Assembly (NCBI GenBank): GCA_035406565.1
Contig: DAONLG010000001.1
Coordinates: forward strand, 1 to 44,271
Direction of reading: 5' to 3'
Source of the DNA: Soehngenia sp.
Lineage (GTDB): Bacteria > Bacillota > Clostridia > Tissierellales > Tissierellaceae
DNA length: 44,271 nt
Notes under the pieces: model-generated
Databases searched by the model: none
What the model saw: only the letters and a program-made list of their open reading frames with translations
What the model was told of the DNA's origin: nothing
Part shown: positions 31,725-39,589 of the stretch, in pieces
Layout: each line of letters starts with the position of its first letter
Position numbering within the stretch: the first letter of the stretch is position 1
Position numbers and translations under genes: made by a program

Positions 31725-32831
31725 TCAAACACCTCTTATAAAAGCATGATCAAAAATGCGAATTGCCATATTGCCAATACACTCAACTATATTGATATTT
31801 TTTTGTATATTGCCAATTTTTACAATCATATTTTTCTCCATATCTGTTTTAATGAATTTTATCATTCTAAAATTAAATTCATTATATAATCTGGTCCTAT
31901 TACAGGATTTATGACCTGCTATGTTGCTCATTATATTTGCATTACAATATATTTCTAACAATTCACCTTTAGTTTCCATTTCAATATTTGATATTGCTTC
32001 ATATAGAATATCATAATAGATCTCGCTTTCAATTAACTGCCTTATTGCAGCATGAAACGGACCAGCAACCACATCTTTACCTAATTGAATTCCTTCTGTT
32101 GTTTGTAAACCTATTCTGGCAACTGGTATTTTGCAGTATGTTGCAACAATTAATAGATCTTTACATAATTTAACAGTTTGATCTATTGTCAATGGCTTAT
32201 ATTCTCCTGCCATATACATATTTTCAAGCTTAGTATTTCTAATGACCAGTGTAGGATAAATTCTAATAAAATCTGGTTTTAAATTAATGATTTTCAATAA
32301 TGTGCTTAAAGATTTATCATAATCATCACCTGGTAAGCCAACCATCATTTGCAATCCAAGTACAAAATCATAATATCGAATCTTTTTTACTGCTTCATAA
32401 ACATCTGCTTCACTATGCCCTCTTTCACTTAAATATAGCACTTCTTTATCTAGTGATTGTACGCCAAGCTCAATAATATCTACCGAGTACGCTTTTAAAA
32501 TTCTAAGAATATTATCATCAATTGCATCAGGCCTAGTTGATATCCTAATTTTATTGATTTTATTATCATCTTTATATGACTTTGCAATCTGTAGTAATTC
32601 AACTTGTTTTGTTAATTCTATTGCTGTAAAGCTGCCTCCATAAAAGGCAATTTCAATTATAGATTCTTCTTCTTTATTAAAAAATCCTAAGTAATTATTA
32701 ATTGTCTCTATCACTTCTTCTTTAGTAATAGACATATTTGTGCCTGTAATCTTTATTTGGTTACAAAAAACGCACATATGAGGGCAACCATAATTTGGTA
32801 CAAATATAGGTATGATTTTTTCTTTACTCAT
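31725..32831 (-). CDS. Elp3/HemN-like radical SAM protein of unknown function
   Basis: IIPIFVP..GCPHMCVFC (CxxxCxxC), AFYGGSFT, ISTRPD, ELGVQS and RIYPT motifs; overlaps the rnc 3' end. Start is 32831 or 32837. Confidence 0.85.
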   Translation of the reverse strand: MSKEKIIPIFVPNYGCPHMCVFCNQIKITGTNMSITKEEVIETINNYLGFFNKEEESIIEIAFYGGSFTAIELTKQVELLQIAKSYKDDNKINKIRISTRPDAIDDNILRILKAYSVDIIELGVQSLDKEVLYLSERGHSEADVYEAVKKIRYYDFVLGLQMMVGLPGDDYDKSLSTLLKIINLKPDFIRIYPTLVIRNTKLENMYMAGEYKPLTIDQTVKLCKDLLIVATYCKIPVARIGLQTTEGIQLGKDVVAGPFHAAIRQLIESEIYYDILYEAISNIEMETKGELLEIYCNANIMSNIAGHKSCNRTRLYNEFNFRMIKFIKTDMEKNMIVKIGNIQKNINIVECIGNMAIRIFDHAFIRGV

Positions 32832-33540
32832 AATCATCTTCTAAGAGTATAAGAGCTTCTTTTGCAGCCATTTGCTCTGCCTCTTTCTTACTCCTTCCCA
32901 TCCCTTGACCTATGATATCTCCATTGATTCTTAAATCAACATAAAATATTTTTTTATGGTCTGGACCTTCTTCTTTTGTAACTACATATTCTATCTTGTC
33001 TCTGGTTATTTTTTGTAATTTTTCTTGTAGCTCAGTTTTATAATCTTTAAACAGATTTCCTTTAGCTACTTCCTTTACTATATCAGCTTCAAAATTTGCA
33101 ATTAGGTAATCATAAGTCGTTTCATAATCGCTATCCAAAAATATCGAGCCAATAATCGCTTCACAAGTATCTGCTAATATTGACTCTCTTTCTCTTCCTC
33201 CAGTCAATATTTCACCTTTCCCTAGCAATAAATAGTCTCCTAGGTTTATTTTTCTCGCAGCAATTGCTAAAGAAGATTCACATACTACTTGTGATCTTAT
33301 CTTTGACAACTCTCCTTCAGGATAAAAAGGATACTTATTATAAAGATACTCACTTACAACTAAATTCAAGACTGTATCCCCCAAAAATTCTAGTCTTTGA
33401 TTGCTCTTGCTTGGATGAAGATTGTGCTCATTAGCAAAAGAACTATGTGTTAGTGCTGTAACTAACAATTCAATATCTTTATAATAATATTTTAAATTGT
33501 TTTGTAAATGTTTTATTTTTAGTAAATACTCTTCTTTCAT
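32824..33540 (-). CDS. rnc: Ribonuclease III
   Basis: ALTHSS, NQRLEFLGD, ILADTCEA and dsRBD (DYKTELQE, GRSKKEAEQMAA) motifs. Start moved to ATG 33540 (GGAGG RBS). Confidence 0.97.
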   Translation of the reverse strand: MKEEYLLKIKHLQNNLKYYYKDIELLVTALTHSSFANEHNLHPSKSNQRLEFLGDTVLNLVVSEYLYNKYPFYPEGELSKIRSQVVCESSLAIAARKINLGDYLLLGKGEILTGGRERESILADTCEAIIGSIFLDSDYETTYDYLIANFEADIVKEVAKGNLFKDYKTELQEKLQKITRDKIEYVVTKEEGPDHKKIFYVDLRINGDIIGQGMGRSKKEAEQMAAKEALILLEDDYE

Positions 33541-33583
33541 ATTTTCCTCCAAAACTTAGACCTCTAGCTATCAGAAAAGTTTT

Positions 33584-34564
33584 TTATAATCTAGATTCTA
33601 TTGTTTTAATTACATCTTTTTCTATATAACTAATTAGTTGAGATATAGCGTTTTTTATAGCATAATCATCAGAACTTCCATGAGCTTTCACTACAGGCTT
33701 TTTTACTCCAAGTAATGGAGCACCACCATATTCACGATAGTCTAACATTTTTCTTAAGCTATTTAATTCATTTTTTAGCATTAAAGCGCCTAATTTTGAT
33801 TTTGTCGAAGAAGTTAATTCTTTTTTCAACATAGAAAAAAGGGATTCTGCAACTCCTTCTGTTACTTTTAAAACAATATTCCCCACGAATCCATCACAAA
33901 CCATAACATCAGAAACCCCAAAAGGCAAATCTCTTCCTTCAACATTGCCAATAAAATTTATGTTTTCTGATTCTAGTAATTTATAAGTTTCTTTGCATAG
34001 AATATTTCCTTTTGTTTTTTCGCTTCCTACATTTATTAAGCCTACAGTAGGGTTATTTTTGCCAAGCACTTCTTTAGTATATATATATCCCATAATTGCA
34101 AATTGTCTTAAGTATTCAGGCTTTGAATCCATATTAGCTCCAGCATCTATTAGCAGTGACATTCCCTTAATAGTTGGATAAAGTACTGTTATCGCAGCCC
34201 TATCAATGTCTTCAAGCCTCTTTATAATTAATATACTACCAGCAAGTAAAGCTCCAGTGTTTCCAGCTGAAACAAAACCGTCCCCTAAGCCATCTGCCAA
34301 AGCATTTAATCCAATCACCATTGAACTATTTTTTTTCCTCCTAATGGCTTGTGTTGGTTCATCATCGTTTTCAATTCGTTCTTTTGCATCAATTATCTCC
34401 ACTTTATCTTTTGGATAATTAAGAGTATTCAGCTCTGCTTCAATTATATCTTTCGGACCTACTAAAATAATATTAATATTATTCTCCTTAAGAGAATCTA
34501 CAGCACCTTTAATATTAGAATGAGGTGCATTATCTCCGCCCATAACATCTATAATTATCTTCAT
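33584..34564 (-). CDS. plsX: Phosphate acyltransferase PlsX
   Basis: DVMGGDNAP, SAGNTGA, DAGAN, DGFVGN and KAHGSS motifs. Confidence 0.97.
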   Translation of the reverse strand: MKIIIDVMGGDNAPHSNIKGAVDSLKENNINIILVGPKDIIEAELNTLNYPKDKVEIIDAKERIENDDEPTQAIRRKKNSSMVIGLNALADGLGDGFVSAGNTGALLAGSILIIKRLEDIDRAAITVLYPTIKGMSLLIDAGANMDSKPEYLRQFAIMGYIYTKEVLGKNNPTVGLINVGSEKTKGNILCKETYKLLESENINFIGNVEGRDLPFGVSDVMVCDGFVGNIVLKVTEGVAESLFSMLKKELTSSTKSKLGALMLKNELNSLRKMLDYREYGGAPLLGVKKPVVKAHGSSDDYAIKNAISQLISYIEKDVIKTIESRL

Positions 34565-34591
34565 ATTATCCCTCTCTACTAATTATTTTTT

Positions 34592-34620
34592 ATTTTAACA
34601 TATGCTTCGCTATTAGTGAA
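34592..34620 (-). promoter_or_regulatory. Putative SigA promoter of plsX-rnc-smc
   Basis: TTCACT-N17-TAAAAT with extended -10 (TGt). Confidence 0.55.
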
Positions 34621-34646
34621 TATTTGATAATGTATCGCAATAGTCC

Positions 34647-34701
34647 TTAATATAAAAAGACACCCTAAATTGACATAAGCTAGAGTGTCTTTTTATATTA
34701 A
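34647..34701 (-). terminator. Long terminator hairpin after rpmF
   Basis: 17-bp perfect inverted repeat TTAATATAAAAAGACAC / GTGTCTTTTTATATTAA, extended to 21 bp by a G-U pair on the minus strand. Confidence 0.78.
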
Positions 34702-34706
34702 AGCAA

Positions 34707-34886
34707 TTATTCAACCACTATTACTTCTCTTCCATCATAATACCCACAATTTCTGCATACTCTATGTGGTTGTTTAGGTTCATGGCATTGTGGGCATTCT
34801 GAAAAAGTAGCCTTATTTAATCTATAAGAAGAAGCTCTCCTCTTATCCCTTCTTGCTTTTGAAGTTTTTCTCTTTGGTACAGCCAT
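34707..34886 (-). CDS. rpmF: 50S ribosomal protein L32 (zinc-binding form), 59 aa
   Basis: Missing from the ORF track. Manual translation: MAVPKRKTSKARRDKRRASSYRLNKATFSECPQCHEPKQPHRVCRNCGYYDGREVIVVE*. RBS GAGGAGGTG. Confidence 0.97.
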   Translation of the reverse strand: MAVPKRKTSKARRDKRRASSYRLNKATFSECPQCHEPKQPHRVCRNCGYYDGREVIVVE

Positions 34887-34901
34887 ACAAACACCTCCTC
34901 A

Positions 34902-35402
34902 CTAATCAAAGGTCAAATCTTTCAATTTTTCAAATCTTAAATCATACGATTGTTTATCACATTCGCAATTTTTATTATTTAAATTTATACCACATTTTTT
35001 GCATAGTCCTTTACAATCTTCTCTACATAAAAACTTCATAGGTATTGAACTTGCAATTTCTTGGTATAAAAACTCGTCTAGATTAACTGATTTATCTCTT
35101 AAGATAAGACTATTTTCTTCAAACTCTTCATCATTCTTTCTATAAACTATATTCCCTTCAGATGCGATAGAGAAAGAGCCATCATATAATTCTAAACATC
35201 TCGAACAGACAGCTTCGTAATTTAATTTACATTTCAGTTTGAATAGTATATTATTTAAAGACTTTGAAATAATAATATCGATTTTAATTGGATATTTAAT
35301 AGTTATATAATTGTCCAAATCAAATATCTTTTCATTTAAATCAATATTCAATTCTTCTTCAAAATAGTCTTTATCCAGTACGTTAGATATATCAACTAAC
35401 AT
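34902..35402 (-). CDS. yceD: DUF177 / YceD (YlbN) 23S rRNA accumulation protein
   Basis: CSRCL, PMKFLCREDCKGLCKKCGINLN and DLRFEKL motifs; upstream of rpmF. Start moved to ATG 35402. Confidence 0.9.
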   Translation of the reverse strand: MLVDISNVLDKDYFEEELNIDLNEKIFDLDNYITIKYPIKIDIIISKSLNNILFKLKCKLNYEAVCSRCLELYDGSFSIASEGNIVYRKNDEEFEENSLILRDKSVNLDEFLYQEIASSIPMKFLCREDCKGLCKKCGINLNNKNCECDKQSYDLRFEKLKDLTFD

Positions 35403-35429
35403 ATAATTCACCTCTAGACTAACATTACC

Positions 35430-35458
35430 ATTATATATTTGTCATAAAGAAAAGTCAA
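35430..35458 (-). promoter_or_regulatory. SigA promoter of DUF177-rpmF
   Basis: TTGACT-N17-TATAAT. Confidence 0.75.
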
Positions 35459-35466
35459 TTATAATA

Positions 35467-36660
35467 TTATTTTACTAATTCCATAGTTTCTCTTGCTATC
35501 ATAAGTTCTTCATTTGTTGGCACTACAAGAACTTTTACTTTTGAATCTTTGCTACTTATTATTCTCTCTTTACCTTTTACATCATTAAGTTCATCATCAA
35601 TTGATACCCCAATAAAATCAAGACCATCGCTAACCATTTTTCTAATCAATGGAGAATTTTCACCAACACCTGCTGTAAAGACGATAGCATCTACTTCCCC
35701 TAGTTCAGATATATACGCTGCAATGTATTTCTTAACACGATTAGCAAATAAATTTAAAGCTAATTGTGCTCTTTTATTACCCTTAGAAGCCTCTTCTTCA
35801 AGATCTCTAAAATCGCTGCTTATTCCCGAAACTCCAAGCACACCTGATTTTTTGTTTAATACCTCATTTACTTCATCACTTGTCATATTTTCTTTTTTCA
35901 TCAAGAAAGGTATGATAGCAGGATCAATGTTACCTGATCTTGTGCCCATAGCTAATCCTTCCAAAGGCGTAAATCCCATACTAGTATCAATTGAGAGACC
36001 AGATTTTATTGCTGTAATACTTGCACCATTGCCTAAATGGCAAGTTACAATGTTAAGATCTTTTAAATCTCTATCAAGTATTTCCGCAGTCCTAATAGCA
36101 ACATATTTATGGGAAGTCCCATGAAAGCCATATCTTCTGATCTTATACTTCTCATAATATTCATAAGGAATTGCATATATATAATTCTCCTCTGGAATGG
36201 TTTGATGAAATGCAGTGTCAAATACCGCTACCATTGGAACACCAGGCATGATTTCCTTACAAGCTTCTATTCCAATTATATTAGGTGGATTATGTAAAGG
36301 AGCTAGTTCTATATTTTTTTCTAATGCTTCCATGACTTTATCAGTAATGATTACAGATTTTGAAAAATCTTCTCCTCCATGTACTACTCTGTGCCCCACT
36401 GCTGAAATTTGGTTCATAGATTCGATTACACCATGATCTTTACTAATTATTGCATCAACAACCATCTTTAATGCTTTTTTGTGATCTTGTATTGGTTCTT
36501 CAATAACCACTTTTTCAGCATTCATTGGCTCATGCTTTATCCTGGATCCTTCAATTCCAATCCTTTCTACTAATCCTTTAGCTAAAACCTTTTCCCCCTC
36601 CATATCGATTAACTGATATTTAAGAGAAGAGCTACCACAATTAATTACAAGTATATCCAT
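35467..36660 (-). CDS. ackA: Acetate kinase
   Basis: [43 protein letters not shown] and PTNEE motifs. Confidence 0.98.
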   Translation of the reverse strand: MDILVINCGSSSLKYQLIDMEGEKVLAKGLVERIGIEGSRIKHEPMNAEKVVIEEPIQDHKKALKMVVDAIISKDHGVIESMNQISAVGHRVVHGGEDFSKSVIITDKVMEALEKNIELAPLHNPPNIIGIEACKEIMPGVPMVAVFDTAFHQTIPEENYIYAIPYEYYEKYKIRRYGFHGTSHKYVAIRTAEILDRDLKDLNIVTCHLGNGASITAIKSGLSIDTSMGFTPLEGLAMGTRSGNIDPAIIPFLMKKENMTSDEVNEVLNKKSGVLGVSGISSDFRDLEEEASKGNKRAQLALNLFANRVKKYIAAYISELGEVDAIVFTAGVGENSPLIRKMVSDGLDFIGVSIDDELNDVKGKERIISSKDSKVKVLVVPTNEELMIARETMELVK

Positions 36661-36704
36661 CTGACAACCTCCTAGTAATATTCTATACTTATAGTATATT
36701 ATTT

Positions 36705-36722
36705 ATGTTATAAAATCAACAA
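36705..36722. promoter_or_regulatory. Candidate Rex operator upstream of ackA
   Basis: Minus strand TTGTTGATTTTATAACAT matches 11 of 14 positions of the clostridial-type Rex consensus TTGTTAA-N4-TTAACAA. Confidence 0.45.
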
Positions 36723-36800
36723 TTAAAATAAATGTGATTTTTGTCATTTATATAAAAATGTATTAAAATATATTGTATATTAAAGATGAGGAGTAATTTT

Positions 36801-38039
36801 ATGAAAACAGTTGCGTTAATAGCTGAATATAACCCTTTTCATTTTGGGCATTTATTTCATTTAAATCAAGCAAAAGAGATTACAAATGCTACTCATTGTA
36901 TATGTATTATGAGTAGTTCATTTGTTCAAAGAGGAGAGCCAGCAATCGTTGACAAATGGTCTAGAGCTAAAATGGCAATAGATAATGGCGTTGATTTGGT
37001 TATAGAACTTCCCTATTTATCATCAGTCCAAACTGCTGAACTGTTTGCTTATGGTTCAGTTCGAATACTTGAGAAATTAAATGTTGTTGATTATATAGCA
37101 TTCGGAAGCGAGTTGGGCGATTTAAATATTTTGGAGGAAATTGCTAATATATTAGTAGAAGAACCTTACTACTACAAAAAGGAACTTAAATCAAATTTAT
37201 CTTCTGGAGTATCTTACCCTGTCTCTAGAAACAACGCCATTAAACAGTATTTTTCAAATGTATATAATACTGAAATAAATGACATATTGAAAAATGCCAA
37301 TAATATACTGGCAGTTGAATATCTTAAAGCTTTGAGAAAATTAAAGTCTGATATTAAACCAATAACAATAAAAAGAAAAGGACACAGTTACAATGATATA
37401 GATATTTCTAATGGTTATGCCTCAGCAAGTGCTATTAGAAAAAATATTATTGATAAAGGATTGTATAAAAGCCACGATTTAGTACCTGAAAATACTTTTG
37501 TAATATTAGAGCAATTCTTCAAAGAACATAAAACATTTAATAAGTTAGATAATTATTATACAGCATTAAATTATTTACTATTGAATACCGATAAAGAGAG
37601 CCTGAGAAATCAATTTGATATAAAAGATGGGTTGGAAAACAGAATTATTGAAAAAGCATTTAAATCTAAATATTATGAGGAATTTGTTGGAATGGTGGCG
37701 TCAAAAACACATACTCGCTCGAAAATAAGGCGCATCTTATTGCATTTAATTTTAAACACAAAAAAAGAGGACATCAACAGCTATTTTAGCGTAACTCCTA
37801 AATACATTAGAATATTAGGTGCTAATCAAAAGGGCTTTGAATTACTTAATAAGATAAATGAAGTCTCAGATTTAATTGTGTTAAACAAATTCGCAGATTA
37901 TAAAAATATAGATAGTCTTAAAAATGATATTTCAATTAAAAAAGAAATATTAGCTACAAATATTTATTACTACGGTCTTTGCCCAACACAGCCTATTTTA
38001 AATAAAGATATTCAAACAACGCCATATATATCTAAGTAG
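36801..38039 (+). CDS. tmcAL: tRNA(Met) cytidine acetate ligase TmcAL (YlbM; HIGH nucleotidyltransferase)
   Basis: IAEYNPFHFGH, FVQRGEPAI, NNILAVEY, SASAIR and GLENR motifs. Start moved to ATG 36801 (GAGGAG RBS). Confidence 0.92.
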   Translation: MKTVALIAEYNPFHFGHLFHLNQAKEITNATHCICIMSSSFVQRGEPAIVDKWSRAKMAIDNGVDLVIELPYLSSVQTAELFAYGSVRILEKLNVVDYIAFGSELGDLNILEEIANILVEEPYYYKKELKSNLSSGVSYPVSRNNAIKQYFSNVYNTEINDILKNANNILAVEYLKALRKLKSDIKPITIKRKGHSYNDIDISNGYASASAIRKNIIDKGLYKSHDLVPENTFVILEQFFKEHKTFNKLDNYYTALNYLLLNTDKESLRNQFDIKDGLENRIIEKAFKSKYYEEFVGMVASKTHTRSKIRRILLHLILNTKKEDINSYFSVTPKYIRILGANQKGFELLNKINEVSDLIVLNKFADYKNIDSLKNDISIKKEILATNIYYYGLCPTQPILNKDIQTTPYISK

Positions 38040-38064
38040 GTAAAGTTTACCTACTTAGATATAT
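38026..38064. repeat. Perfect 19-bp inverted repeat spanning two convergent stop codons
   Basis: ATATATCTAAGTAGGTAAA-G-TTTACCTACTTAGATATAT. Confidence 0.9.
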
Positions 38065-38521
38065 CTTTAGCTTCATCTGATACTGATTTGAGTTCTTTCC
38101 TATTATCATTAAGAAGTTGAATTAATTCTTTTAATCTCTCTTGTGTCTCATATAGCAATTCATCTGCATAATCTAATGCTCCATTTCTAATTTCTTCTGC
38201 ACTTAATTGCGCTTTTCTAATTATCTCATTTGCTTTTTGATTTGCATTTTTAAGAACTTCCTCTTTATCAATCATTTGCTCTAACTTCAATTGTGTATCA
38301 TTAAGTATATTTTCAGCAGTTTCTTGTGCTTGAGAAATTATTCTCTCTCTTTCTTCTTTTATCCAAGCAGCTTGTTTTATTTCGTCTGGGAGTTTAATTC
38401 TAATTTCTCTTAATAATTCTATAACTTCTTCTTTGTTTACCATTACTTTATTAGTCAGCGGAATAGATGTACCAGCTTCTACAATATCTTCAATTTCATC
38501 TATTAATTCTAATAAATCCAT
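38051..38521 (-). CDS. Conserved coiled-coil protein, SepIVA/Cdv3 (DivIVA-like) type
   Basis: N-terminus LLELIDEIEDIVEAG.SIPLT.KVMV...EVIELL.EIR..LP.EI..A followed by an alanine-rich coiled coil; directly downstream of coaD. Confidence 0.7.
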   Translation of the reverse strand: MDLLELIDEIEDIVEAGTSIPLTNKVMVNKEEVIELLREIRIKLPDEIKQAAWIKEERERIISQAQETAENILNDTQLKLEQMIDKEEVLKNANQKANEIIRKAQLSAEEIRNGALDYADELLYETQERLKELIQLLNDNRKELKSVSDEAKDISK

Positions 38522-38523
38522 AA

Positions 38524-39006
38524 TTAAACTCTCCCTTCATATTTGTTTACAAGTGCTTTTTCTACAATTTTCGGTACAAAGCATTTAACATCTCCACCAT
38601 AAGAAGCTATTTCTTTTACAATACTTGAACTTAAAAATGAAACATCAGAAGAAGCTACCATGAATAAAGTTTCCAAATCAGGATATGTTTTTTTGTTAAT
38701 TAATGCCATTTGTAGTTCATATTCATAATCTGATACTGCTCTTAACCCTCTTATTATCGTTGAGCAATCAATACTTTTTGCAAATTCAGTTAATAAGCCA
38801 GAAAAAGATAGAACTTCTATGTTATTAATTTCTTGAGTGACTTGTTTTATCAAGTCTATTCTTTCATTTACGCTAAATAAGCTATTTTTATTCTGATTAT
38901 TTAATACAGCAATTACTGTTTTATCAAACTTTAGAGAGCATCTTTTAATTATATCTAAATGCCCATATGTTATAGGATCAAAACTTCCAGGATATATTAC
39001 TTTCAT
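38524..39006 (-). CDS. coaD: Phosphopantetheine adenylyltransferase
   Basis: YPGSFDPITYGH, RGLRAVSDYEYE and LSSSIVKE motifs. Confidence 0.98.
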   Translation of the reverse strand: MKVIYPGSFDPITYGHLDIIKRCSLKFDKTVIAVLNNQNKNSLFSVNERIDLIKQVTQEINNIEVLSFSGLLTEFAKSIDCSTIIRGLRAVSDYEYELQMALINKKTYPDLETLFMVASSDVSFLSSSIVKEIASYGGDVKCFVPKIVEKALVNKYEGRV

Positions 39007-39572
39007 TTAGCAGTCACCTCATGATATCTAAAATAAGTCATTGATTTGTTTCCATATTTCCTAATGTCAGTAATCTTTAAATCACCATAGTTTTCTTTCA
39101 GTAACAAACTAGCATTATGTTCTGCTATAAGAATACCATTATTTTTTAATATATTCAACGAAGATATTTTTTCTAGAGCTTTATTGTATAATTCTATATT
39201 GTCATAAGGTGGATCCATAAAAATATAATCAAATTTAAAATCTTTATCTGAAAATAGATCTAGTGCTTTTAATCCATCCATTCTAATGACAATAGCATCA
39301 GATTCAAAATTTGTCATCTTTAAATTTTTATTTATCAATTGAATACTTGCAATCGAATTATCGACAAATATAACTTTTTCAGCACCCCGACTTAAAAATT
39401 CTATTCCTATGCTTCCTGTGCCTGCAAATAAATCTAAAACTTTAGCTTTTTCCGCAATTGGGCTAATTATGTTAAACATTGATTCTTTAATACGATCTTC
39501 AGTAGGCCTTATGTTATTAGATTTAGGCCCACATAATTTTTTACCTTTTCTTTTGCCTGATATCACTCGCAT
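39003..39572 (-). CDS. rsmD: 16S rRNA m2G966 methyltransferase RsmD
   Basis: MRVISG, RPTEDRIKES, LDLFAGTG and DPPY motifs. Start moved to ATG 39572. Confidence 0.95.
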   Translation of the reverse strand: MRVISGKRKGKKLCGPKSNNIRPTEDRIKESMFNIISPIAEKAKVLDLFAGTGSIGIEFLSRGAEKVIFVDNSIASIQLINKNLKMTNFESDAIVIRMDGLKALDLFSDKDFKFDYIFMDPPYDNIELYNKALEKISSLNILKNNGILIAEHNASLLLKENYGDLKITDIRKYGNKSMTYFRYHEVTAK

Positions 39573-39589
39573 TTGAAACACCACCAAGA

